Counted from the first letter of the stretch, positions 9,256 through 18,029 are shown. The stretch is DNA of 64,000 nt from an uncultured virus (IMG/VR IMGVR_UViG_3300030098_002223) (IMGVR_UViG_3300030098_002223), one strand, 5' to 3'. Made by a program: numbers and translations. Notes: a model not told the origin generated them from the letters alone.

Positions 9256-9771
9256 TCATATTGCTTCTTCGTATAATTTTTGTAGGTTCCATCTTAACGG
9301 TGCTTTAAGTCTCTCAACTATGTAAGCGTGTTCTTCGAACCATGCCCACTTTACTGATTTCTTATCATATGCCTTACTATATAAATATTTCGCTTGTGCA
9401 GGGGTGATTGCATAGCATTTCTTATTACGATATTCCTCTCTTCGTATTAAAATAAAACTCATCCCACCAGCTCTTGTTAACCTTTCACCTTGTCTTATTT
9501 GGTGTTTAGCGATAGCAGGATTATTACCATAATATAAAGGAAAAGAAGTAAGATTGCGAGAAGTTTTAGCCTCGAGCATAATTGGTCTCCCTCTATACAC
9601 TGTAAAAAAATCAGCGGGTTGCTTCTCTGCAACAGCAATCTTAACAAACCTATTAATATCATTAGTATCTTGAATCCTAAACCACCATATATGACGGCTT
9701 CCTTTCAAACTTCTTCTGATTTCATTTTCAAAGTTCTTTCCTGTATCTTTTCTTCCCATTTTAATCCTCAT
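9256..9771 (-). CDS. Holliday junction resolvase, RecU-like PD-(D/E)xK
   Basis: GKNFENEI...PADF...MLEAK...IAKHQ. Confidence 0.85.
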   Translation of the reverse strand: MRIKMGRKDTGKNFENEIRRSLKGSRHIWWFRIQDTNDINRFVKIAVAEKQPADFFTVYRGRPIMLEAKTSRNLTSFPLYYGNNPAIAKHQIRQGERLTRAGGMSFILIRREEYRNKKCYAITPAQAKYLYSKAYDKKSVKWAWFEEHAYIVERLKAPLRWNLQKLYEEAI

Positions 9772-9891
9772 TGAGCAATTATAGTGGTAAATATAGAGCT
9801 ACTTATTGCATTATTAATCATGCTCTACATACCATGCTATATTATATCACCCCTTAGTGATATATAAAGCTTTGCTAAATAGAGCTTAATG

Positions 9892-9999
9892 CTATACTGT
9901 CTTCATAGAGCATAATAAACAACGCCCTTGCATCAGTCCATCCTCTGCTATTGAAATGCGTTTACCGCATTTATTACACTCAGTCCATGCTAATGACAT
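9892..9999 (-). CDS. Zn-finger microprotein (35 aa)
   Basis: manual translation with CNKC...CLLC. Confidence 0.5.
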   Translation of the reverse strand: MSLAWTECNKCGKRISIAEDGLMQGRCLLCSMKTV

Positions 10000-10109
10000 T
10001 AATATTCTGGTGGGTGTATTTGTTCCAACCCACAGTAGGGGCATGTAACTTGTTTAAGTGGAGGTATATCGTAAAGATTCTCCCTACACTTTTTGTTTAG
10101 ACACTTCAT
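9999..10109 (-). CDS. Zn-ribbon microprotein (36 aa)
   Basis: manual translation MKCLNKKC...CPYCG. Confidence 0.55.
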   Translation of the reverse strand: MKCLNKKCRENLYDIPPLKQVTCPYCGLEQIHPPEY

Positions 10110-10378
10110 TCCTTAGTCATACCTCTTTGTCTGTTCATCTCATCACGTAACATTCCTTTGGTATATTCTTCTTCCTCAGCGTCAATCTCTAAGTTTTCCT
10201 CAGCTCGTGCATAAAGCATCTCCCTGACCATCTTAATCGATTGCTTCAAAGATTCATTGTCTGTAATCTCAGCAACGTAGAAGTCTAAGTCATCCAACAT
10301 ACTTCGTGCAACCTGAGGACTACACCAATCTAAAATGATTTTCATTATGTGAACTGCTTCGGGTGTAGATGTGACCAT
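10106..10378 (-). CDS. hypothetical protein
   Basis: ORF with GGAGG SD. Confidence 0.65.
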   Translation of the reverse strand: MVTSTPEAVHIMKIILDWCSPQVARSMLDDLDFYVAEITDNESLKQSIKMVREMLYARAEENLEIDAEEEEYTKGMLRDEMNRQRGMTKE

Positions 10379-10575
10379 TATTCCTCCATCCCTTCCATTG
10401 GGTCATACAGTCCAATCTCAATCATCTTTGCTACAAATGCATCTTGATGTTTCAAAGGTAATTCCATATTTATGATGTCACAAATCTCGAAGAGGTAATC
10501 CTCTAAGTTCTTTTCAGTCAACTGTGCACCAGCTAACATCTCTTTTAGTTCCATGTTCTCTTGTTCTAAGTTCAT
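10378..10575 (-). CDS. hypothetical protein
   Basis: ORF coupled to the downstream gene. Confidence 0.6.
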   Translation of the reverse strand: MNLEQENMELKEMLAGAQLTEKNLEDYLFEICDIINMELPLKHQDAFVAKMIEIGLYDPMEGMEE

Positions 10576-10669
10576 TTTTTCTTTGCTCCATACTTACGTG
10601 GTCTAATCATAAGTTTCTTAGTTCGATTCATACCGAACATTTTATCTAACCATACTAATAATTCTCTAA

Positions 10670-11104
10670 TCATTCTTTCTCCGTTGGCCAATAGTATTCA
10701 TACTCGTTTATGATTGTGAGGTCCGTTTGTGCATCAGTATCGAAGTGCTGTTTATAAAAGTCGTAATCCTTACGAAGTAGGTTCATTCGATGTGACTTAT
10801 GCAGTTCCGGATAGCCTAACCATTGAGGGTATACTATTGGCCCTTCTATCTCATATAGTTGCATTGTGTTGTTGTATCCACGTGCAACCCACTCTTCTAT
10901 CATTACGTTAGTGTAATGTTTCAAAGCGTTTTCATAACCAACCCACATCAAACGTGCAGGGTGGTTGAGCCAACCTTTCTTATCATAGTCTGGACTGAGA
11001 GAGTTGATGAGCTGAAGGCCCTCTACTCTTTGCTTACCGAGACGACGATAGTCAAGGATTTTGGCTGATGTTCTAAAATTTTTTGTTGGTAAAAATGTTT
11101 GCAT
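10670..11104 (-). CDS. Pyrimidine-dimer DNA glycosylase / MSMEG_6728 family
   Basis: MQTFLP...LDYRRLGKQRVE...GW.NHPA..MW.GYE...SHR.NLLRKD. Confidence 0.85.
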   Translation of the reverse strand: MQTFLPTKNFRTSAKILDYRRLGKQRVEGLQLINSLSPDYDKKGWLNHPARLMWVGYENALKHYTNVMIEEWVARGYNNTMQLYEIEGPIVYPQWLGYPELHKSHRMNLLRKDYDFYKQHFDTDAQTDLTIINEYEYYWPTEKE

Positions 11105-11144
11105 ATTATCATTTCCATTTGATTATGTTTCAATATATTTGAAA

Positions 11145-11163
11145 TATCTATATAAAGGTTTGG
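11145..11163 (-). promoter_or_regulatory. BRE-TATA promoter
   Basis: minus strand CCAAACCTTTATATAG. Confidence 0.7.
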
Positions 11164-11519
11164 GTGCAACGAAGAGAGAACGGCTTCTCAGTAAGAGTCG
11201 TGTAGCTTCGCACATGAAACTATCGTGCTCTTTCTTTTCATATACCTACTGATGACTCTAATAAATCTTTCAGCATTCCAAACTCATCTGACATAACTGT
11301 CACGATAGATTTACAGGGGTATACTGAGGTATGCTTGACATATACTCGTCGCCATAATGATTAGGCTAAACGATATATTTGGTTCCTTTGTATTCAGCTA
11401 TCACCATACCGATAGCTACCTCTCTGTTCATACTGTCCTACAACAGTAGCATTACGATTAAATCGGGCTGTGCGTGGCCTGATGAACAAACTGAAATTCA
11501 AAATTCAAGTCTTCGTTGC
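11161..11519 (-). ncRNA. putative ~355-nt structured ncRNA
   Basis: no minus-strand ORF >=60 aa; perfect 10-bp terminal stem (11166-11175 with 11510-11519) enclosing many internal helices. Confidence 0.65.
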
Positions 11520-11530
11520 GATTTGGCGGA

Positions 11531-11566
11531 TGCTGAGCCGACCGACAGATGACTCAGCACCTGTCG
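11531..11566 (-). other. H-type RNA pseudoknot
   Basis: CGACAG/CUGUCG interleaved with UGCUGAGUC/GGCUCAGCA. Confidence 0.6.
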
Positions 11567-11568
11567 CC

Positions 11569-11658
11569 TCAACCGAATAGTATAAGCATCACCATCCATA
11601 TCATTATAAAGAAAGCGAATAGCATATACCACTCAGCTTCATTAACGTCTCGACTCAT
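11569..11658 (-). CDS. 29-aa single-pass membrane peptide
   Basis: manual translation MSRDVNEAEWYMLFAFFIMIWMVMLILFG; ATGA overlap with the vWA stop. Confidence 0.55.
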   Translation of the reverse strand: MSRDVNEAEWYMLFAFFIMIWMVMLILFG

Positions 11659-13766
11659 ACTTTAATTACCTTCCTGATAATCTTACTCACCTTAGTTGGT
11701 AATTCTGATGTCTCTTCACACATGATATAATTACTAAACATATCTTTCATGATACGCTCACGTGCACCCGAGATACCTATTTGTATTACATTCCAACCTT
11801 GAGTCTCAATATGTCTGACACACTTTTTAGTATGTGGCACACTGAGATGAAACCTGTATTGGTCTGCTGATGGTTCACCATCTGAAATAACAATCATAAG
11901 TTTGTTACTACCTATGGAGGGTGACTCAGCTTTGACTCTCTCAGCTGATGCGAGGATAGCCATACCATCTCTGTTTTCACTACGTGCTCTCATCGCACCC
12001 ATAGCTTTGATATCACTTTGATATGTAGGTGACCAATACACTGACATATTAGTTTCACCTTTGTTACCCCAATCGTAACCGTCAGCTGTGTGACCAAACA
12101 CCCATAAGTTGAGAGCTTGATTATCCTTGAGTGATTCACGTAAAGCAATAGCAGTTTCACGTGCTTTCCTCATCTTCCATGTTCCCATACTACCGGACTC
12201 ATCAATTAAGAGACATACATCTAATGGTTTATCTTCATCAATAATTACATTCTTGAATAAGTCGGTTCGACCGAGAGGTATTTTATGTAGCATACGCTTA
12301 TCTAACTTACCTCTTCGTTGGTTGCGAATAGTATTTACACGAGTGTCACCGTATAAGTTTATCTTACGTTTGAGTTGACCGATAGCTGACTTCATATTCT
12401 TTTCAGCATTATCATACTCATCTCTCGCCCACTCAGCTGAAGCTTTCTGATTACGCCATGTAACCTTACCACCCTGTTTCAAACCGAGAGCACGAGCTGT
12501 GTCCCAACTCTCTTCGGAGTAGTCACTGTCAGCTAATTCTTCTATCTCATCATTTAGTGTGTCTGAAATAGTGTCTCTGTCCAAACTGTAATCAGCGAGT
12601 TCCGAAGCGAACTTTTCTAAAGCTCGTGATAATTTCTCTTTACGGGCATATCTGTCACCACGTTCAGCTTCATCACGTTCTTGTTTTATCAGCCTCTCTT
12701 TGATACGGTCTATGTCTTTGTCTGACATATCATCAGCACCTTCACCCCAATCTTCTAAGATATCTTTTAATCTTTCATCAGCACGTCGAAGTATTTCTTC
12801 TTCGTCGGTGTCTTCATGTTTCTTAGCTTCTTCTTTAGCGAGTTGATTCATATAACAATATATAGAATCTATAGCCATAAAAGTTGAATGTCTATCAGTT
12901 AGTGCATCCTTCAACGCACGAGCAAAGAACTGAATGTGTTTAGCATGTTTCTTTTTACGTTCGGCTGAGATAGATGTAGGATATCTTACCATAGCTAATA
13001 AAGTATTCATTATATCGGCAATAGGATTACCGTTCATCTCATCTATCTTATGACCATGTTTACCAAAGAAATGTTCTTTGACTTTCTCAATATACATAAT
13101 ATATCCGGCATGAGTCTTAGCTAACTGAGATTCAATATACTCATCTTCTATAATGTTAGCGATGTTATGTAGTAATCTTTCCTGTGAAGGATTTAAAATA
13201 TTTTCATAAGCATAGTTCCTTTCCCACTTTGTTAGTGGTTTAGTGTGAACTAAGTGTAATTTTTCATGAATTGAGAGACCAGCTAATACATCCAACTTGT
13301 CATCATTACTCTCAATAAGAGAACCATCTACGTAGATAGTTCCATTCCTCATATTAGAATAATTCTTTGTATCAGTTGCGAAATGTAATGAGTGTTTAAC
13401 GTTTGGGTCTACTACTTTACAAAGAGAATCCAAATGTCTTTTATGTTTGAGCATACGAGCTGATGAGCTTGTAGACTGAGACCAACTACCCCATGAAGTA
13501 GCTCCACCACCTGACCAATATGAACTACCACCCCATGTGAATCCGGAACCTCTGTTCCAAAGGTCACCGTGTGCTGAGACAGTAGGTGCAGGTGAACTAT
13601 ATGTCTTTGCTATTGTTGGACTGACGAATGGGTCTACTGTGGTATAACTGTTGCCACAATCTTTACAGTTGCCATGACCGTCGGCATCAGTCCAATCGTC
13701 ACACGCATAACAAAAGTCATTGTCGCTGTCCTCAGTCCATTCATCTATTGAATCGCCGTAATCCAT
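11655..13766 (-). CDS. vWA-domain protein (CobT/NorD-like) with N-terminal Zn finger and HExxH motif
   Basis: MIDAS DESGSM...ISDGEP, HEKLH...NIIEDEYIE, CYAC..CKDC; partner of the adjacent MoxR. Confidence 0.85.
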   Translation of the reverse strand: MDYGDSIDEWTEDSDNDFCYACDDWTDADGHGNCKDCGNSYTTVDPFVSPTIAKTYSSPAPTVSAHGDLWNRGSGFTWGGSSYWSGGGATSWGSWSQSTSSSARMLKHKRHLDSLCKVVDPNVKHSLHFATDTKNYSNMRNGTIYVDGSLIESNDDKLDVLAGLSIHEKLHLVHTKPLTKWERNYAYENILNPSQERLLHNIANIIEDEYIESQLAKTHAGYIMYIEKVKEHFFGKHGHKIDEMNGNPIADIMNTLLAMVRYPTSISAERKKKHAKHIQFFARALKDALTDRHSTFMAIDSIYCYMNQLAKEEAKKHEDTDEEEILRRADERLKDILEDWGEGADDMSDKDIDRIKERLIKQERDEAERGDRYARKEKLSRALEKFASELADYSLDRDTISDTLNDEIEELADSDYSEESWDTARALGLKQGGKVTWRNQKASAEWARDEYDNAEKNMKSAIGQLKRKINLYGDTRVNTIRNQRRGKLDKRMLHKIPLGRTDLFKNVIIDEDKPLDVCLLIDESGSMGTWKMRKARETAIALRESLKDNQALNLWVFGHTADGYDWGNKGETNMSVYWSPTYQSDIKAMGAMRARSENRDGMAILASAERVKAESPSIGSNKLMIVISDGEPSADQYRFHLSVPHTKKCVRHIETQGWNVIQIGISGARERIMKDMFSNYIMCEETSELPTKVSKIIRKVIKV

Positions 13767-14131
13767 TCATCTACCTCACTTACTAAATCCTTGTCTTCGT
13801 TGGTGAACTTATACTCAAAACATTTGAGACTTCTCTTAGCTGAACCAACAACACATTTATAAATAAACATATCTTCATTACTAACTAAGCCTTCGGCTAT
13901 CTCTCTTATTTCGTTAATACTCATAGTTGGTTTATTTGGAATGAGAATATCCTCATCTTGTATTAATCTACGTTTGTATGCACCTACGTGTCTACCATTG
14001 ACCTCAGTCTCGGGAAACACATCTTTGATTATCTTTCCTATCATTGTAGGTTTATAACCATTCAGTATAAGGAACTTAGCCAACTGATGCCAATATGTAT
14101 GCTTTCTACGTAATAGTTTTTTCTTAACCAT
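13745..14131 (-). CDS. hypothetical, possible HTH DNA-binding protein
   Basis: basic helical N-terminus; sits between MoxR and vWA. Confidence 0.55.
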   Translation of the reverse strand: MVKKKLLRRKHTYWHQLAKFLILNGYKPTMIGKIIKDVFPETEVNGRHVGAYKRRLIQDEDILIPNKPTMSINEIREIAEGLVSNEDMFIYKCVVGSAKRSLKCFEYKFTNEDKDLVSEVDEWITAIQ

Positions 14132-15310
14132 TTATTCACCCATTGATTGAATAACCTGTATGATACGAACTCTCTCAGTATCGTCACCACCCTGAACAGG
14201 GTAGAACGGTAAGCACGTATGCTTTAGTGCATCGACCAAAGGCATTCCATCAACAACTAACTCAGCTGATGCTAAACACATACGTGTTGAAACAGCAGTA
14301 TTGAGTTCGTCTGAAGCATATAGGTCACGCACTCTCTTAGCAAAGTCTACAATCTTATCAGCATCGTAGTCACTAAGCTGAGGGTTTCTGTTTTGTATCA
14401 GTTCCTTTTCTTTCTGTGGAGGTAAATACTCTAATTCGTATATACCACCTGTGAATCTATCTTTCCATGCTCGGTCTAAATCATGAGATGCACCGAGATA
14501 CTCTCTACCTATGTTAGCAGTAGCGTAGAAGAACGCACCTTTACTAACTGAGACAGTATCAGCATCCTCACTCTCATCGAGAGCTAAATACTTTTGACCA
14601 TCTAATACCGGCATGAGAATGTTAGCTAAGTCACCTGTTCGGTCACGTGTAACCTCATCTAACATAATGAATGAATCACCTTGTATTGCATTGACGAACC
14701 GAGATGGTTTGAACCATGTCCCTGCTTCTTTGTCATACTTAGTGTCACCCAATAACTTAGCTGAGGGATTCATAGTGTCACCGAAGTTAAAACTATAAAA
14801 GTCCTTTGCAGTGATATCAGCTAATATCTTACCGAGACTACTCTTACCACAACCTGATGGGCCTGTGATGAGAATGTTCTTACCTCTAAATATGTTTCTC
14901 AACATAGTATAGAATGTCATGTCATCAGCGAATTTAAACTCTTCGGGCACATTAACTGACCCTCTCAGTTTAGACATCACTGTGTCTTTCTCTACTTCTA
15001 CCACTTCTTCGGGGGTAGGTTCCTCTTCTAACGTGGGACTGTCTCGGTCGAATAGACCATCGAGTCCTCCATGTCGGTCTTCTGTTTCCATTGTATCTCC
15101 AGATATATCATCCTTTATAAGCGTTTCGGTTGTTGAACTGAGAAGTTTATCCTCATCTGAACCATGATATAATCCTTTCTTCCATCTTCTCACTCCACGC
15201 TTGTCTTCACTCACGTGCCAATACCTACCGTCTCCACCTACACGTTCATGGTGTAGAGGGAAGTCAGTAGCTGACTCAGTTGGTGATGGTCTCGTTCTTC
15301 GTCTACTCAT
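14132..15310 (-). CDS. MoxR/CbbQ/CobS-like AAA+ ATPase
   Basis: GPSGCGKS, IMLDE, ATANIG.EY.G..DLDRAWKDRF, VSTR. Confidence 0.9.
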   Translation of the reverse strand: MSRRRTRPSPTESATDFPLHHERVGGDGRYWHVSEDKRGVRRWKKGLYHGSDEDKLLSSTTETLIKDDISGDTMETEDRHGGLDGLFDRDSPTLEEEPTPEEVVEVEKDTVMSKLRGSVNVPEEFKFADDMTFYTMLRNIFRGKNILITGPSGCGKSSLGKILADITAKDFYSFNFGDTMNPSAKLLGDTKYDKEAGTWFKPSRFVNAIQGDSFIMLDEVTRDRTGDLANILMPVLDGQKYLALDESEDADTVSVSKGAFFYATANIGREYLGASHDLDRAWKDRFTGGIYELEYLPPQKEKELIQNRNPQLSDYDADKIVDFAKRVRDLYASDELNTAVSTRMCLASAELVVDGMPLVDALKHTCLPFYPVQGGDDTERVRIIQVIQSMGE

Positions 15311-15420
15311 AGTTCACCTGTAATATAATCTTCTACTAAACAGTGTTCACATGAATACTTATTCACTTCATGTCCACCTGTATCATAAGTTGAATATTGT
15401 CCACAGTCTACGCAGTTCAT
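15307..15420 (-). CDS. Zn-finger microprotein (37 aa)
   Basis: manual translation MNCVDCG...CEHC; coupled to both neighbours. Confidence 0.55.
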   Translation of the reverse strand: MNCVDCGQYSTYDTGGHEVNKYSCEHCLVEDYITGEL

Positions 15421-15767
15421 TAGTTCGGTCTCCTTCTTCTAATGAGAGTGCGGTCGACTCTACTTCGGTCATACCCATAGGTTCTCTCACCTGAGATACC
15501 ACTCGAAGTGCCTTTGACTTGATACTTCCTCACAGTTCGTGTTATAGTATCTATATCTTTTTGTTCCATTGTGCTGAGGGCATCTACGAACTTTCCTAAG
15601 TTCACTGATACTGACCAAGCATTGTCTTCTACATCATCGAAGACGGAATTTAATAATTCCCTCAGCACTGTGAAACGTTTATCATCAGTTGACTGAACAC
15701 TTAACAAAGGGACTTTGTCTGTGTGCTGAGTCATGTAGTTGTTGAACTTAACGATTGCGTCACTCAC
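15420..15767 (-). CDS. hypothetical protein
   Basis: ORF track, coupled overlaps. Confidence 0.6.
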   Translation of the reverse strand: MSDAIVKFNNYMTQHTDKVPLLSVQSTDDKRFTVLRELLNSVFDDVEDNAWSVSVNLGKFVDALSTMEQKDIDTITRTVRKYQVKGTSSGISGERTYGYDRSRVDRTLIRRRRPN

Positions 15768-15985
15768 GGTAAGACCTCTCTGAACTGAGGGAAGGACTCA
15801 AAGTTATGTGGATATAATCCATTGTTCTTTACATTCCTAAAGTATGTCTCAGTTGCACGTATCTTACGAGCTTTGATTGCGGAACCGTCTCGGTTCGGGG
15901 TTGCACTTAACAGCTGTTGTAGCTGTTTGGCAGTCATGCTTTTTAGTTGTATTGCTAATGTGTCGATGTCGGTCATAGTCATCAC
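15764..15985 (-). CDS. hypothetical protein, first gene of the middle operon
   Basis: preceded by GGAAACGCTTATATAG promoter (~16005-16020). Confidence 0.6.
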   Translation of the reverse strand: MMTMTDIDTLAIQLKSMTAKQLQQLLSATPNRDGSAIKARKIRATETYFRNVKNNGLYPHNFESFPQFREVLP

Positions 15986-16159
15986 TCATACGATTAGGGA
16001 GCCACTATATAAGCGTTTCCCCTCTTGAACTGAGAGCCCAGCACGAAAAATATACTGAGAGAAAAAAAACGGGGGCTTTTTCATGCAAAACTATTTATAG
16101 TTCACCTTCTCTATATTATACTATATTAAATCATAGCTCAGTTATGCAATAACTAAGAC

Positions 16160-16576
16160 CTAAAGTAAGGAGCTTAGTTGAGCCTAACTGAGTTATGCTC
16201 TATTACTTAGTAGAGCATGGTTAGTGGAGCCTTCTTATAATATAGGGCTAAACACTACTTACTATACTTTCTTCGAACGAACACTGTTCGCATACTGAAC
16301 CCGAACTGGTTCCGGTTTGGAGGATGAGCTTTAAAGCTTTCGAACCAACCTAAGCTCCACTAAGCATTTTCTCATTGTGGCCTACCGAAGTGCTCAGTCG
16401 AGCCCTAGCCCAACTGAGACAATTTCTCATCGGGGCTGTCCGTTTCTTAATTGAGCCATAATGCTCTACTGAGACAGTTTCTCATCTGGCCCTACCGTAT
16501 CTTAGTAGAGTCATGGAGCCCAACTGAGAAGAGTTTCTCACCCGGCCCTATCGAGCTGAGGGGGGTTTAATTGAGC
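16160..16576. repeat. iteron-like array: 11-bp GCYCNACTRAG in alternating orientation, ~55-bp period
   Basis: ACTRAG cores at 16359, 16413, 16468, 16523, each followed by TTTCTCA; inverted copies at 16393, 16446, 16501. Confidence 0.8.
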
Positions 16577-16633
16577 TGAGTCCACCCGAGTGGAAAAATT
16601 TCCCCTTGAGTGGAAAAAAATTTTTGTAAAAAA

Positions 16634-16722
16634 AAGATGAGCCCCTGACTTATATACCACCGGTGGTAAAGCATTCCTTCCTCGATGTTTTCGCATTCGA
16701 TAACGGAAGTCAAGGGGCGTCA
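16634..16722 (-). ncRNA. putative small structured RNA module 1
   Basis: GCCCCuUGACUU...AAGUCAGGGGC closing stem, internal hairpins, then AUCUU and a U-tract. Confidence 0.5.
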
Positions 16723-16723
16723 A

Positions 16724-16876
16724 TGTAAGGTGGGTAGGAGGATTTAATGTATACCTCCAATGGGTTTATGCCACTACATAGTAGAACCCATACCAGTTTC
16801 GCATCCCTCCGGCAGTTGCCTCTCGGTTTGCTCAATCCTGTGCCTTAGTTCGTGGCGAACTTGTTCGGCCATACCC
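16724..16876 (-). ncRNA. putative structured RNA module 2 (~150 nt)
   Basis: GGGUA/UACCC closure; internal UGGcCGAAC/GUUCGCCA, AUGGGUU/AACCCAU and GGAGG/CCUCC helices; ACCUUACA tail. Confidence 0.6.
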
Positions 16877-16962
16877 GATAAGGAAGAGCTACTTCCTTAA
16901 GTATAAGGTGGGGAGGAATCGCCTCCCCTACGTGTTTGCTTGTTAACCGCTGTGTTCAGCGT

Positions 16963-17295
16963 TTACTTCAAGAGTCCAGCTTTCTTCATAGCTTTCTTCA
17001 AATCGGCTTCTGACATCTTACCAGATGCAAGAGCAGAAACGACTGAATCAACAGAAGGAGCTTTACCTGTTGCTCTCCTTTCGGATTGTAGTTGATGTGT
17101 TCTTGACGCAACCATAGATGCTGTCTTCTCGTTTGTGGAGATGACATCACATATTGCTACAAGGCAATCATACTTTACTCCGGTTGGATATCTACCTGAT
17201 TCTCCAACACCGGTAAATCCTAATGAGTCCAATAAAGAACTCACGAGCTTTTCATCCTTTGGAGCCCAAAGGTAATCCATCTTCGCTTTAGTCAT
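16963..17295 (-). CDS. hypothetical early protein
   Basis: leaderless-type promoter directly upstream (AAGCTTAAATAG...TGGTATAGT-ATG). Confidence 0.7.
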   Translation of the reverse strand: MTKAKMDYLWAPKDEKLVSSLLDSLGFTGVGESGRYPTGVKYDCLVAICDVISTNEKTASMVASRTHQLQSERRATGKAPSVDSVVSALASGKMSEADLKKAMKKAGLLK

Positions 17296-17324
17296 ACTAT
17301 ACCAATGAGTGTGCCTATTTAAGC

Positions 17325-17561
17325 TTATCCCCTGCTGACTATTTGTCTTAGTTCTAAGTTCTCAAAGACTTCTGGGTTAGACAAACGAATCTCACGAGCG
17401 AGTTCCATGTGTCTTCCTCTGCTACCTGTTCCGACAGGAATCATTTCTTTGTATAAACCATACTTACCGTATGGAGTCGTGCCGATTTCTACGAAGTAGT
17501 CGACCTCCTTGCTTCCATTCTTCCAAGGAAGATTGGTCTTAGTCTGAGTTGCTTGGCTCAT
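17325..17561 (-). CDS. hypothetical early protein
   Basis: operator-BRE-TATA promoter directly upstream. Confidence 0.7.
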   Translation of the reverse strand: MSQATQTKTNLPWKNGSKEVDYFVEIGTTPYGKYGLYKEMIPVGTGSRGRHMELAREIRLSNPEVFENLELRQIVSRG

Positions 17562-17613
17562 GTAATACCAAGAGGGAGTCCCTATATAAAGCTTTTTTCA
17601 CACAAGTGGAAAA
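17562..17613 (-). promoter_or_regulatory. early promoter with CAC-N4-GTG operator
   Basis: TTTTCCACTTGTGTGAAAAAAGCTTTATATAG...TGGTATTAC-ATG. Confidence 0.8.
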
Positions 17614-17614
17614 A

Positions 17615-17755
17615 TAAGATGCGACTTCACCAATGTGGTATATACTTTGAAACAAGTCACATTGGGAGCGGTCGCCACAGGGTAACGTGTTGTTAACGAA
17701 CAGAGGTTACCCATCAGGGTGTGACCTGCCACCAGACAAAAGGATATCCTTCACG
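17615..17755 (-). ncRNA. putative structured RNA module 3
   Basis: GGGUAAC/GUUACCC helix, GCGAC..CCAAUGUG/CACAUUGG..GUCGC helix, AUCUUA tail. Confidence 0.5.
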
Positions 17756-18010
17756 TAAGGTGGGCGTAAACAAGATAAAGAGAATTACTTCATAGTTTCG
17801 ACGAGGAAGTATATAACAGGGACTAAGTGAGGCAAAAGGTGATACATAATTTTAGCTACACGTCGTTAATCAACTAAGATGCGCATCGACCGGAAAGGGA
17901 TTGGTCAGCACTTGTTCAGCTTCAGTTTGTTATTGCTTATCGTCTACTTGCGTATGGTCTATTCTTGTCTTGGAACTCAGGTCACGTGTTAAGCACGTGC
18001 CTTAACTGTA
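17756..18010 (-). ncRNA. putative promoter-driven ncRNA module 4 (~250 nt)
   Basis: own TATA promoter at ~18030-18042 with no ATG at the expected TSS; AGACAAGA/UCUUGUUU long-range stem; ends CCCACCUUAC. Confidence 0.55.
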
Positions 18011-18029
18011 ATATGAGATAGGGGTGTCC

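Noticed and set aside
16350..16560. CRISPR mini-array (regular spacing, Cas4-like gene nearby)
   Set aside because: Units are degenerate along their whole length with internal inverted motifs; there are no identical repeats with unique spacers. Solo Cas4-like nucleases are common in archaeal viruses.
16538..16723. 61-aa minus ORF
   Set aside because: It runs through a hairpin module, a poly-T tract and operator repeats; more likely non-coding.
16724..16876. tRNA gene (3' end GGAGG...AAAUCCUCC UACCC ACC looks T-arm-like)
   Set aside because: The closing stem is only 5 bp, the loop is 12 nt without UUCRA, and no anticodon arm fits; kept as an unknown RNA.
17615..17720. Hammerhead ribozyme (CUGAUG...GAA)
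   Set aside because: The core reads CUGAUGG rather than CUGANGA, and there is no GAAA after stem II.
17870..17940. tmRNA tag-like reading frame (AUAAC followed by TEAEQVLTNPFPVDAHLS*)
   Set aside because: No Ala-acceptor (GGGG/G-U) or T-loop tRNA-like domain is visible and archaea lack SmpB; likely coincidental.
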